In this document: in pieces, positions 46,344 to 58,047 of the stretch | Numbering within the stretch: the first letter of the stretch is position 1 | Layout of the letters: the number at the start of each line of letters is the position of its first letter | IMG/VR virus record: IMGVR_UViG_3300032007_000021 | Direction: 5' to 3' (one strand) | DNA: 63,351 bases | Source of the DNA: an uncultured virus (IMG/VR IMGVR_UViG_3300032007_000021) | Taxonomy: Duplodnaviria; Heunggongvirae; Uroviricota; Caudoviricetes | Notes under the pieces: generated by a model | Database searches by the model: none | What the model was told of the DNA's origin: nothing | The model's input: only the letters and a program-made list of their open reading frames with translations | Program-made: the position numbers and the translations under genes

Positions 46344-46814
46344 TTATGTCGTTTTCACCGTCAAAAGATTTGCTGTAACTAAAGCTGTCATGGAATTTAA
46401 TACAAAACCCTTTGCTTTCCACGCCTCAAAATAAACACTGGCCATATCTCTTTTACTCTTCAATTCGGTTAAATTATTACTCAATATCTCTAATTCTTTT
46501 TCGTATTTTGTTTGAACAAGAGCTTCAATATCTTTTACAGTATTTTTCTTTCCCAATCTGCTTAAGCTATTATTGCAATCCGCATACATTTCATTATATC
46601 TGAAATGATATTGCCTCTAAACCTCATCCAACTTATTTTCTATCTGTTTATATAAAGTACCATAATAAGCAATTCCGGCAGCTTGCATTTGCAATGCTTC
46701 TAAATAATTCTCTTCTGTTACAACCAAATTATCATAACTTGGATCATCAAACCTATTTCCATTAAATTCCATATTTTGACCATTCTAAAATGCCTTTTCA
46801 AAATTAACTTCCAT
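46344..46814 (-). CDS. helical protein, possibly a UvsY-like recombination mediator
   Basis: Frame extended through TAGs; position upstream of ssb/recA; EAWKAKGFVL. Confidence 0.45.
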
Positions 46815-46815
46815 A

Positions 46816-47514
46816 TTATTTCTCCTTTATTTTTTTCAACTATTCCAAAAAATCTTTTTTATCGTGTTTTTCACAATATTTTTTCATTGATTCTACAAAC
46901 TATTTTATCGTCATATCTCCCCTGGAATAAGATAATATCTTTTCTCCCAAATTCCTTTCTTTTATTTCTTCAAGCAAACGAGTAGCTAACTCAATAATTT
47001 TATTTTTTATCGCCAAATCTACAATATCTCTTTTCCTGATTCTCAAACTATCTTTCTTTTCGTATAAAAATTTATCAACAATCCAAGACGAACACACAAA
47101 AGCTATATCCGCAGGTAAATATTTCTTGTTTCTCTACAAACTGAAAAAATCATCCCAAACCCAATCTAAATACTCTTGAGAATTGGAACCCTAACTCAAC
47201 AATCTTTCAATAGTTTTAATTAACAAAGAATTTGTAACTATATTCATCGGCTTGTCATAAGACATGTCTATATTCTATATATATTTCTGTTTGAATATTG
47301 CAATAAATTCTTTCTTTTGTCTAACAATTCCTTTCTATTCATTGTTATCTTCACCATCTCCGCACTTTATTAAAGCCTATTTAATCCTCAAAGAATTATT
47401 GGAAGCAATTAAAGCATTTTTTAAATCTAAAGACAATTTATCAAATTCTTCATCTGCTATCCACAAAGTTAAGTGCATCTTTATTTCATCACTCAAAGAA
47501 ATTACTCTTCCCAT
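46816..47514 (-). CDS. hypothetical protein
   Basis: Continuous frame through TAGs to TAA. Confidence 0.6.
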
Positions 47515-47531
47515 TCTTTCAATTCCCTTTT

Positions 47532-48506
47532 TTAAATCCCCAACTCTTCTTTCAATTCTCTACTTGCATAAGATAAAATATAATCCTTTTTACTCTAAAA
47601 ATCTTTTTCAGAATAAACTTCGAAACTTATCATCTATAATCCAGCTTTTTTTGTCTTTAATCCAAAAATTTTCATCACCCTTGCAACATCAAATTCAACT
47701 CTCTTCTTTACAGCTATCTAAATAACATCTAAAAAACCATTCTTTTCTATTTTCTTTAGAAAACAAATTTTTTTCAAAGCATTCAACAACCTGTCAAAAT
47801 CATTGTACTAATTATTTATGTAATATTTTATCCACTTCGGTCGTTTCCCGGTTAATAAACAATAAAAAACAAAACCGCTCAACAACTATCCATTTGTAAA
47901 CGCATAACCTTTATTTAATAATTTATTTTTATAATTACTAATCTATATTTCATCAACACAGCCAATAGATAAATTATCAAAACCAAACATCCAACTCAAA
48001 ACCAATTCATCCTCAAAATCATTATTAAATATCACTTGTTCCAACTTATCGCTCAATATTTTGATTCTTTTCGGATTAAAATAAAATCTACTTGAAATCT
48101 AACCAAACTAATTTACAACAACATTGTTTTGAAAAAAACAAATACAATTGTTCTATAACAAATACTGTTTTACATCTTCCCAAGAAACCCATTTTCCTTG
48201 AATATAAGCCAAAGTTTTCTTATACCATATATTATAAGACTACTCATCATATACAACCTGTTTTAATATCATTGGAAGCACATTAAAACCAACATTCTAA
48301 ACTTCATCCATGGTAGAATATATTGGAGGTAATTTCCCGAACAATAACTATTGAACAGTATTAAACTAATCACTTTTGCTGAAAATAATAGCCTAACCAT
48401 CCAATGTATAAGAACGTCCAGCCCTTCCAATACATTGATTTATTTCATTGGCATCTATATATTTGTTCCCCCTTTTTACACCACAAACAATCACTTTATC
48501 AATCAT
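47532..48506 (-). CDS. C-terminal half of a Ski2/Hel308-like SF2 helicase
   Basis: MIDKVIVCGVKRG..IDANEINQCIGRAGRS..DG*AII (motif VI), WYKKTLAYIQ, winged helix *FG*ISSRFYFNP. Confidence 0.7.
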
Positions 48507-48650
48507 TTTCAATCTCTATTTTTCATATTTGTTTTCAAAAAATTGGTGCTACTTGAATTTAGCCACTTGCACCGAGCGACCCTATTCAGGCTCAAGCTAC
48601 CAGAAAGCTAAAACTTTTCGTATAAAACTACTTGTTTCGCTTTAAAAAAC

Positions 48651-48725
48651 TGGCACCCCCAGTCGGTTTCGAACCGACATTAGCGGAGTTAGAGTCCGCT
48701 GTCCTAACCGTTAGACGATAGGGGC
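48651..48725 (-). tRNA. amber suppressor tRNA (anticodon CTA) with a tRNA-Glu-type body
   Basis: GCCCCTA TC GTCT AACGGTT AGGAC A GCGGA CT-CTA-AC TCCGC TAAT GTCGG TTCGAAA CCGAC TGGGGGT G CCA. Confidence 0.93.
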
Positions 48726-48865
48726 AAAAGGTGACAAGTCCAATAAAACCTTGTCTGTAAAAATCGGCATTTTTTACATGTAGAATTTTCTGGTCTACAA
48801 ACGCAAACAGGAAAAAAGAACACTGTTAAGAAAAACAACAATCAACAATTTTTTCTCAACATTAT

Positions 48866-48894
48866 TTATATAACACAAAAAATTTTTGGTTACA
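48866..48894 (-). promoter_or_regulatory. early-type promoter upstream of the suppressor tRNA
   Basis: TGTAACCAAAAATTTTTTGTGTTATATAA, the same motif as the repeated promoters. Confidence 0.6.
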
Positions 48895-48906
48895 TTTTTT
48901 TATCAA

Positions 48907-49251
48907 TCAAAAATCAAAATCTTCATCAAATTTCACATTATTGTAATGCAACCACTTCGCCATATCAAAATTGTCTATCACTGTCCAAACAGTACAAATA
49001 TTCTCATTTATATATTCCTCAAAAAACCACTCATTGTTAGCAATCCAGCCAAAATCTAACTATTCTGTTTCAACATGAAAAAAACCATCACCATCTTCTA
49101 TCACCGGAACATTCTTTTCTTTCCACAACTTCAAAACATTTTCACGATAGTTTTTTACAAACTATCTTTTTTCTTCAGAAAGATCAAACCAATCATAAAT
49201 GATAAAACTACTGCTGGAACTGTTGCTTACATATCCGTTCCTTATCTTCAT
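48907..49251 (-). CDS. MKIRNGYVSNSSSSSF-family hypothetical protein
   Basis: N-terminal motif; two internal TAG; ends TGA. Confidence 0.7.
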
Positions 49252-49638
49252 TATTTTTCTCCTATTTTTATCAATCTAACACTAATTTCATCTTGAATCG
49301 GATAAGCAAACATTACAAGTCCCCTTCTCCCAACAACCACTTCTCCAAAAACTTCTTTTGTCTATCCTTCATTTTCAACAATCATAATTTCATAATCTTC
49401 TTTTTCCAATTTATCAAACAACATCTGTTTAAATTGCTCAAAATAATTGTTAACATATTTTTCATAATTATATCTCTTAAGAACAGACATCTCCACTTCA
49501 ATCATCTTAATCAAAAAAATTTGTTCATCTTTTATCTGTTCAATCTAGCTCTTTTCATTTATCATAAAAATACTTTTAGATAAATCAGATGATTTTCTTA
49601 CAAAAACTGGCAACTAATCATTTTTTATCTTATAAAAC

Positions 49639-50127
49639 TTACTCATTATCTTCAACAACCTTTACTTCAAAACCGTCTTCATTCATACTAACAATAAATC
49701 TATGATAAGGATATGTTTCTCGCAAAAACTTCAAAAACTGTTTTTTGTTGTAACTCTTTGCCACATCGTGTTGCTTCAACAGCCAAACACTTCTATCACA
49801 ATCAACCTTATACTCATTAAACAACTCATAACATCTTGGACTCTTACCTAAATCACCTTCTTCGTAATAATAATTTTCAACAGATTTTATAGCATCATAT
49901 TTTTGATCTTCACTATCACTGACAAGCTCTGTCAAAAAATATTTTCTATCCAAATCCAATAAAATTTTGTTTTTATCAAATTCTTCAAATCCCCAACTAT
50001 GATTATTCAATCTTGCCTTGACTTCTTTAGATAATTCCAAACAAGCAACACCCTTATCGCTCAAGTCTTCTCCAACAATAAAACTACTGCTGGAACTGTT
50101 ACTCACATATCCCTTCCTTATCTTCAT
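49639..50127 (-). CDS. MKIRKGYVSNSSSSSF-family hypothetical protein
   Basis: N-terminal motif. Confidence 0.7.
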   Translation of the reverse strand: MKIRKGYVSNSSSSSFIVGEDLSDKGVACLELSKEVKARLNNHSWGFEEFDKNKILLDLDRKYFLTELVSDSEDQKYDAIKSVENYYYEEGDLGKSPRCYELFNEYKVDCDRSVWLLKQHDVAKSYNKKQFLKFLRETYPYHRFIVSMNEDGFEVKVVEDNE

Positions 50128-50131
50128 AATA

Positions 50132-50389
50132 TTATCCTTTATTTATATAAGCTAAAATTTGTTCTTCATTTATAATCCTATAAATTGTTCCTTCAACCTT
50201 CACTTCTGTTCCATCATATTGTTTAATCAATACTTCATCACCAACCTCAACATCTATAACATCTTTACCAACATCTTCCACAAAAAACTTACATTCCTTA
50301 CTAGAGTCAGGAACAATCAATCCTCCAACAATTTTTTCCTATTGTTCTACTCGAACCAAAACATTGTTTCCAGTCATTTTCAATTTCAT
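50132..50389 (-). CDS. groES: co-chaperonin GroES
   Basis: GNNVLVR...*EKIVGGLIVPDS, VEVGDEVL..YDGTEVKVEG..Y.IINEEQILA. Confidence 0.85.
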
Positions 50390-50590
50390 TATTTATCTCT
50401 CCCTATAAAATCAAAATATATATCATTCAAAATCTCATATTTCCTATCAGAAAAATATTCCTCCGCAACCATCAAAAACTCTTTCACTTTTTCATCTTCA
50501 ACATTACTTTCTTTTTGCATCAAATAATTTTTGAAATCAGAAAAATTAAATTTCAACGAAACAGAACTATTACTCTTTTTTACTTCCATC
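50389..50590 (-). CDS. hypothetical protein
   Basis: MEVKKS start after GGAG. Confidence 0.5.
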
Positions 50591-50603
50591 TTGTTTCTCC
50601 TTA

Positions 50604-50807
50604 TTATTCCAAACCTTTCTTGGGATAAGAAACCGTCCAATTATTACAATCTGAAGGATCAGACTCTACACAATCTTTTCCAGACAACTTAAGTTTGTTG
50701 AGTTTAGCATAACTTTTAGCTTCAACAAAATCATCAAAACCCATCACAAACTTACCTCTGCTCATGACATACCAATCAAACTTCCAAGTCGGTGTTAGTT
50801 CTTTCAT
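50604..50807 (-). CDS. hypothetical protein
   Basis: Track ORF with GGAG RBS. Confidence 0.55.
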   Translation of the reverse strand: MKELTPTWKFDWYVMSRGKFVMGFDDFVEAKSYAKLNKLKLSGKDCVESDPSDCNNWTVSYPKKGLE

Positions 50808-50874
50808 TTTTGCTTCTCCTTCATGTTAAATTTTCAGGTTTACACCTTCTAAATAACAAAAGGATTTTTTATTT

Positions 50875-51726
50875 TCAAATCTATTTGATGATTTCGCTAA
50901 CTTTCAACTACATCATACATCTCGGAAATTTTTGATTGCGATATTCAAAAACATGTTTACATGTTCTTTCATCTATCTCTCTCATAAAAAATTTCATACA
51001 TCCATTATTCTTATTATATCTCTCACACTCGCTAACAAAATGTTTCGTGTTTTTGTATTTTGTCAAAATCTAAGGTTCTCTTGCTCCAGATAAAACAATA
51101 TTTTTTACATTATCAAAAGCAGAAGCGATATGTGTTATAGCACTTGGAGGCGAAATTATACCTTTAGCATTACTAACAAGACTTATCAATTCTCTTATGG
51201 ATGTTTTTTGTCTTAAATCTATAACTCCCGTTAATTCTTGTTGTATATCCCTCTATTCCTTTCCACCTATCTGTATAAACTGTATGTTTTTTCTTGCATT
51301 TACTATTTCTTGATACCACGGATACGCTTTAGTTTCAGAACAAGTTTGACAATTAGCATTAATTATCCAATAATCTCCATATTTGTTTTCTTTCTCCTCA
51401 TCTGTCAAATACACATCAAAAACATTTTTTACTATTGGAAATTTTTTATTTAATATTCTCATACAATTTACATTAAAAGCATCAGTCAACAAACCACCAT
51501 TACCAATTTTTTGTGAAAACGGAACATACTACAATTTTATTTTTTTACAATTTCCATCATCTTCAAAAAAATCAACAAAAGGATTATTTTTAAAAACATC
51601 TTTATAATTTGTTTCAAAACCCACTTCCAACTATGGAAACTCTTTTTTTAAATTAAAAATAACACTTGTACAAATAACAACATCACCCAAATGATTATTT
51701 GTACTAAACAAAATTCTTTCTTTCAT
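50875..51726 (-). CDS. GT9 (heptosyltransferase-like) glycosyltransferase
   Basis: HLGDVV.CTSVI.NLKKEFP, NNPFVD, QIG, TSIRELISLV..A..IISPPSAITHIASAF. Confidence 0.75.
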
Positions 51727-52174
51727 AAATCTCCTTTTTATTCTTAAAAACATATTCAAGCAAAATAGAAACAGCCTTTCTATATCTCTTTAAAAGACCA
51801 AATTTTCCGGTTTTATCAACAACACACCTCATGATATTATCATATAAATCAGCTAATTTTACCTTAATTGCCATTTCATTTGTTTTCAATCTTTCAATAT
51901 AGTCGAAATATTTTTCTTCCGGTTTTCTTGTAATGGCAAATAAAGCTTCTTTCTGTTCTTGAGAAAGAAAAATCAATTCAACTAATTTATCTAAATCAAA
52001 ATATCTTTCTTCAACAACATCATGAAACAGAGCGACTGGAAAAAGTTTGTCTTTCTCGTCTTTTTCATAAAAAGAATGATTCTGTATAAGATCAGCAACT
52101 CTTTTCCAATGAAAAAACTCTTCTTTATCCATAGCTATTCTTTTAGCAATAGAAATCAACTCTTCTTTATTCAT
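51695..52174 (-). CDS. HD-domain protein (SpoT/Mesh1-like hydrolase)
   Basis: H..RVA, ALFHDVVE, AITRK, Y.DYI, VKLADL.DN. Confidence 0.8.
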
Positions 52175-52344
52175 TTTTATTTTTCTTCTCAACATCACTT
52201 TTTACACTTAAAAGAAAAACAACAATCAAAACAGAAACAAATCCACACATCATAGCATCCAAAGCAAAACATATAATCGCTAAAGCCAAATAAAAATCAG
52301 AAATGTCAATTTGAAAGACGTTCTTATTATTGTTTTCCATCTTA

Positions 52345-52536
52345 TTATCCAATCATTTTTTCAACTTCAATGGCAACTCCAACCGCATAACCCTTTGTAA
52401 GACACAGAAACATCATCAAATCCTCAATGATTCTTTCCCTTCCATAAATTTTCCATTCTTCCTTATGTTCTTCAACGATATTCTTTCCTTTTCCTTCTTT
52501 CAGCCACTCCACAATCATTTGCGTTTTACTTTTCAT
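52345..52536 (-). CDS. hypothetical early protein
   Basis: Follows a variant of the repeated leader (52537-52600). Confidence 0.55.
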   Translation of the reverse strand: MKSKTQMIVEWLKEGKGKNIVEEHKEEWKIYGRERIIEDLMMFLCLTKGYAVGVAIEVEKMIG

Positions 52537-52605
52537 TTTTCAAATCTCCTTGATTTGTTGTTTTACAATATCTATATAACAAGTAAAAATTTTACTTACA
52601 AAAAA

Positions 52606-52681
52606 TGGCAGCCCTTGAAGGAGTCGAACCCTCACAGACGCGGGACCAAAACCCGCCGCGCTACCATTACGCAAAAGGGCT
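52606..52681 (-). tRNA. tRNA-Gln(TTG)
   Basis: AGCCCTT/AAGGGCT stem, GCGGG-TT-TTG-GT-CCCGC, GCCA. Confidence 0.85.
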
Positions 52682-52853
52682 GTAAGAGTGATAGGTTCCT
52701 CTCACACTCTTTGAGGGCAAACAAAAACTAAACCTGTTTGCAAGGCGGTTGCTATTTATGTACAATCAAGCAACCCATCAGATTTGGCTGGGATTATCCA
52801 TATCAAGTGTTTACAAACACACCAAATCATTTTCAAACACTTATTATATAACA

Positions 52854-53717
52854 TCATAAATTTTTATTTACATTATCTTGAATCATCATCGCTATTTTTG
52901 CTCCATCTGCTGATGCAATAATAGCTTGTCTGTATTCATTGTGTATATCACCACAGAGATAAATATTTTTATATCCTTCGATACTTGAATCAATCTATTT
53001 ATAATCTCCCAACAACTCATCTCTTTTAATTATTCCAATAGCAACAAACATCCCTTCTATATCTTTATACTCAATCTCATTTTCGCCATTTGTTTGCTTA
53101 ATTACAATCCTCTTAAAACAACCCTATCCTTCCACTTCTTTCAACATAAAATTTGTCATAATAGATATATTTTTTTGATTTCTCAATTTTTCCATTAATT
53201 TATAATCAGCTTTAAAAACATTTCGGCGGTGTACCAAAACAACTTCTTTACAAATCTAAGATAAATACAAAGCTTCAGTTATCGCAGTATTTCCTCCTCC
53301 TATTACCATTACTTTTTTATCTTTATACAAAACACCATCACAAGTAGCACAATAATGGATATTTGAATAATTATACGCGATTTTCATCGTTACACTTCCT
53401 GTCGCAACAACCAAATAATCATATCTAAAAATTTTATCATTATCTGTAACAACAAATTTTTTGCTTTTATTAATCTATGTAACTTCGTTATCAAAAACAA
53501 CACAACCATTATTTTTTGCTTGACGTTCTATTTTATTCATTAATTCATTTCCAGAAATACCATCCGGAAATCCTGGAAAATTCTCTACAAATTTTGTCTC
53601 TGACAAACATCCAAGAGAATAATTATTAAATATCTTTACATCAAATCCAAATCTTCCAAGATATATTCCACAAGTCAAACCGGAAACACCGCCACCAATT
53701 ATAACAACATTTTTCAT
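52854..53717 (-). CDS. trxB: thioredoxin reductase
   Basis: IIGGGVSG, ENFPGFP, VATGS, YCATCDG, IGGGNTAITEA, VHRR, CGD, YRQAI. Confidence 0.9.
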
Positions 53718-53729
53718 AAACACAACCTT

Positions 53730-54416
53730 TCAATAAAAAGATTTCGCATCTGACTAATCTTTCTAATTTTCTTTTTTTAACATATCAAACATATAATTTT
53801 TTAACTTATCTTTATTTTTTATTCCCGGAAAGTGAACTGCAAAATCACCTTCTTGATAAAGATTTATTGGTTTTGTTTTATATTCAGGTAAATCTAAATA
53901 ACTGTTAAACAATCTAATAGGAACCTAACACACTTTTTTTCTATATGGTTTATAAACACTATCCATCAAAAAACCCATTGCAGCTTGTTCTCGAAATTTG
54001 TGCGTCTTAAATTTTTCATAATTTTCCAAAACTTCATTCAAAAACCTAAAACTTTCCTAACATTTCTTTATCAAGAAAACACCATTATTCCAACCATTAA
54101 TATCTTGTCCCATCCAAATAAAAGTATCTTGATTTCCATATTTAAGAATCTACTACAAATCAAAATCCTTGTTAAGAATCAAAGTATCTGCATCCATCCA
54201 TAAAAAATATTCACTCTATATTTGCGGGGTTTGAAACACTTTTAATAAACCATAAATCTTACTCCAAACTGGATGTTTTGTCTCATCTAAAGAATGTTTG
54301 CTTTCAACCATTTTATAACCATGTTGCATACAATACTATCTTCGATGATCCCTGCTGATTTCAGCAATCTATTCTATATTTGGAGTCGCAAGCGAAAACA
54401 AACAAAACTTACTCAT
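53730..54416 (-). CDS. GT34-like glycosyltransferase
   Basis: YC..HGY, WSKI, WMDADT, NNGVFLIK, EQAAM, FNSY, GDFAVHFPG. Confidence 0.8.
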
Positions 54417-54623
54417 GTGTTTCTCCCTATTGTTTTATTCCAACATTTATTACACTTTCTTTCTAAACCTAGTAATAACAATCCCCAAACCAAGTATTTG
54501 TTTTTACCACTATAAAATCAATTCCATCTATTATTTCGTGATAACCGCTTACTATCTATCCAGAAAAAGTAATTCCACTACAAATTATATCATTCATTTT
54601 TTCTCCTTTTAATTTTTTAAATT

Positions 54624-54712
54624 TGGCGGAGAGCAGAGGTGTCGATCCCCATACCGATCAAAGTACCAACTGTTTTCAAGACAGTGACCACAGCCGTGTG
54701 ATTTTACTCTCC
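54624..54712 (-). tRNA. tRNA-Ser(TGA)
   Basis: GGAGAG acceptor, ACTGT-CT-TGA-AA-ACAGT, long variable arm, GCCA. Confidence 0.85.
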
Positions 54713-54717
54713 GTTTT

Positions 54718-54792
54718 TGGTGAGAGCTGAAAGATTCAAACTTTCAACCTATTCCGTGTAAAAGAATTGCTCTATCATTGAGCTAAGCCCTC
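54718..54792 (-). tRNA. tRNA-Val(TAC)
   Basis: ATTCT-TT-TAC-AC-GGAAT, ACCA. Confidence 0.8.
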
Positions 54793-54941
54793 TTATCCTC
54801 TTTATTGATTGATTGTAAGCCCACCCAAACAATCACTCACCACTCTTTTTACCCAAATTCAGTTTTTACCTGCCCACATTCTCCCTTTTTGGAGAAAGAG
54901 TATCAATAAAACATTTTTATATTACAACAATATTTTTTATT

Positions 54942-55703
54942 TCAAATTTCCAACAAATATGTTTTTATATTACTTTTAAACAAATAATCGTTTCCAACAT
55001 TTATACATTTAACACCATTTATTTCCTTTATCACTCTTTTATGTGTATGTCCACAAACACAATAATCAACCTTTATTTCATTCAAAAAATCTTTACTACC
55101 ACTATATCCATTATATAAAGAAAAAGGTTCGTGTTCACTAAACCAATTCAATTCTTCATGCGGAACCATGTGCGTAACCAAAATGTTTGTTTTACCTTCA
55201 ACAATATTTTCCTTTATTTGTTGTTTACATTTCTTGTTCTATAAAGACGGTATGAAATCTATAATTTTAGAATCCAACCAATGACTACTTATCATATCTC
55301 CTTGATAAAATTTATTTTTATTTAAACTATGGTCATACCAAAAAACATTTCCAATAAAATTTAAACCTTCAATTTCATATCTTCCCTATAAATCTAAATA
55401 ATGTATATTGTAATGTTCTTTCCATTTAAGATAATAATTTTTTATTTCCTATATGCTCCAATAAGCAAACTCATGATTTCCAAAACAACAAACCACAGGA
55501 CAATCATTTCCCAACAATTCATGAATAATTCTATAAGGATTTTCTTTACTTAAAACAACATTACTCTCCAATATATCACCAGATATAACAATCAAATCAT
55601 ATTCATATTGATTGATAGCATTAATCAAACTTTCTCTGAAAAAAGACCTTACATATTTAGCTTGATAATCATAATGTAAATCAGACAGAATTAATATTTT
55701 CAT
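54942..55703 (-). CDS. metallophosphoesterase
   Basis: SDLH, SGD, GNHE, VTHMVP, CGHTH; two track ORFs joined through TAGs. Confidence 0.85.
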
Positions 55704-55722
55704 TCAAACCTCCTTTCTTTTC

Positions 55723-55796
55723 TGGTGGACTTTAGCAGAATCGAACTGCTATTTATAGAATGCAAATCTATTGTTTTACCATTAAACTAAAAGCCC
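55723..55796 (-). tRNA. tRNA-Ala(TGC)
   Basis: G3:U70 pair, ATAGA-TT-TGC-AT-TCTAT. Confidence 0.85.
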
Positions 55797-55845
55797 AAAA
55801 TTACTAAAAATTTATATATAAATTTTTCCAATTTTATTCTTAAAA

Positions 55846-55920
55846 TGGAGCCGACTATTGGATTTGAACCAACGACAAGCATATTACAAGTATGCTGCTC
55901 TACCCCTGAGCTAAGTCGGC
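55846..55920 (-). tRNA. tRNA-Thr(TGT)
   Basis: GCATA-CT-TGT-AA-TATGC, canonical cloverleaf. Confidence 0.9.
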
Positions 55921-55957
55921 ATAAAATATAAATTTCATAAAAAAGTACTACAAAATA

Positions 55958-57259
55958 TTATAACTTTGAATCAAAGTTTAATATTTGAATATTACTCTTC
56001 TTATAAAACTTACTAAAAACTGCATTTTGAATATTATCCATTAGCAGAAACCTATATTTTAAATCAAGTTTTTTAACTTTTTTGTAAAGTTCCACCCAAG
56101 ATTCAACTCCCTAAAGTGTTTGCTTCCACTGCTCATCTTTAGGTTTAACATCAAATTTTGGATAAAACCAACTTTTTACATACTTCTTATATCCTCTTCT
56201 TGCTATTTCTATCGAACTTGCAACCATATCTGGTGTATTATAATTTCCAAACAAAAGATTTCCAATAAAACTTGAATATGCCGGATTAACTTCAATTAAT
56301 TTATATCCATGTATATTTGCCAACATGTTCAATTTGTTTTTTATCAAATGCCGACACCAAACATTATTACACAATCTATTAAATTCCTTTCCCTTGCCTT
56401 TATCAGAAGACCTAATTACCAAATCCTCAATTACCATATTTGAACACTTCCAAATATTCATCAACACATCTATTTTATAACAAACCTTTATTAACTCATA
56501 TTTTCTTTTCCTGTTTTGATATTCCTTATCTTTTGTTAACAAAAACTTTTTATCGTTCAAACGAAACATATTGAACACTTGCTTATATAACACGTTAAAT
56601 TTATTCTTACAATTAAACTACAAAACAGACAACCCAATAGCATTAGGATTCAAATCAATTCCCAAAACTCTTTTTGATTTCAGATTATCATAAAACTTTT
56701 CTTTCATCAAAGATTCATCATAAGCAATCCACACATTCTAATTATTAAATTTCACTGAAACTGTTACTTCTCTTTTGTCTATTAAATTTTGCAAAACACA
56801 CAATTCTTTTTGAAATTTTCCGGAAAACTTATTAATTTGTATTTCTAATTTTTGTCCTTTATGCGGTTTATAATATATTTTATTGTTGTTCAATTCAAAA
56901 TCAAAACATCTATTTCCTTTCATTAATTTCTAACCTTGAATAGATATTGGAATTTGTCTCTTTTTCTTTAACTACTATTTACAAATCAAACCTCTTAAAT
57001 ATTTCTTATAATTTGTCTTTCCCCCAAACACTATTTTTTTATTTTTAAACTTAGAATACAACATCTGCCCTTCTTTTACCGCACATTGTATAAACCAACT
57101 ATTCTATCCTAAAAACAATTTTTTACAACAAGTTCTAACTTGTTTTTCATTCATTCCATCTTGGAAACGATTAAAAGCAATTCTTACCAACGAATTAAAA
57201 CTTCTTAATTCTTTAGTAAAATCAACTTTATTCATAATCTTTGCTTTAATTGTTTTCAT
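55958..57259 (-). CDS. tnpB: TnpB
   Basis: RIAFNR, VFGGK, IQG*..KGNR, LGIDLNPNAIG, VIEDL, VNPAYSSFIG, PDMVASSIEIARR. Confidence 0.85.
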
Positions 57260-57860
57260 CTTTCTCTTCCAACTATTTTCTTATTTTATTTAATTTTCTT
57301 CTGTGAGAATAGCTTTTTATAGTAAAATAATGAATAATAGAAATCAAATCATCTGTCAATTCTTGTTCATAACTCCTGTTCTCAAGAACATCATTTAAAA
57401 CTAAAATAGTACACCCAAAATATTTAAATATCTGTTCTATAATCTAAAATCCAAACCTCACTAATCTATCTTTGTTTTCAATCACAACAACAGAAATCTC
57501 ATTACTAATTACTCTTCTAATAATCTCTTGAAAATCTTTTCTATCTGAAGACATCCCTGATTTTATATCAAAATATTGTTTTTCAAGCACTAATCCTCTC
57601 GATATACAAGATTCATATATTCTCTTGTTTTGTTCATTTAATTGTTCTTTTTGTTTTTGTGTAGATACTCTCGCATAAGACACTATAGATTTCTTTTGTT
57701 TACAAGATTTTTCTCCAATTAAAGCATATACAGACTCATCATCATACTCAAAAAAATTTTTGCTAAATTTTGATTTAACTTTTATTTTTCCATTTTTAAC
57801 ATACCTACACAATGTTTGTCTTGTGATTCTCAAAATCTATAAAACTTCTTTTGCTTTCAT
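57246..57860 (-). CDS. tnpA: IS607 transposase
   Basis: MKAKEVL*ILRITRQTL, YARVST, DIKSG, IENKDRLVRFGF*, EL..DLISIIH.F...YS.RR. Confidence 0.9.
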
Positions 57861-58047
57861 ATTATTTTTCTTCTTTATTTGTTAATATTTTTTAATTTTT
57901 TACTATATAAAAATATAAACAAATTATTTAGTTTTTCTGTTTTTAAGTAGAAAATCCATTAAAATTAACTTGTTTTATTTTATATTTTTAAACTCTTTTT
58001 AATGATTTCTATATAACAAATCTAAAATATCAAAACAATTTTCTTTT

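Larger units (their letters stand above)
55930..57950 (-). mobile_element. second IS607-family element (ends approximate)
   Basis: Overlapping tnpA and tnpB, inserted directly upstream of tRNA-Thr. Confidence 0.7.

Noticed and set aside
48651..48725. Pyrrolysine tRNA
   Set aside because: It has canonical D- and T-loops and a 5-bp anticodon stem unlike tRNA-Pyl; no pyl genes are seen and TAG is too frequent.
54624..54712. Opal suppressor or selenocysteine tRNA
   Set aside because: Anticodon TGA reads TCA (Ser); an opal reader would need TCA. TGA functions as a stop throughout the window.
55958..57259. Cas12f/Cas14 CRISPR effector
   Set aside because: It is coupled to an IS607 tnpA and has no adjacent array, so it is called TnpB.
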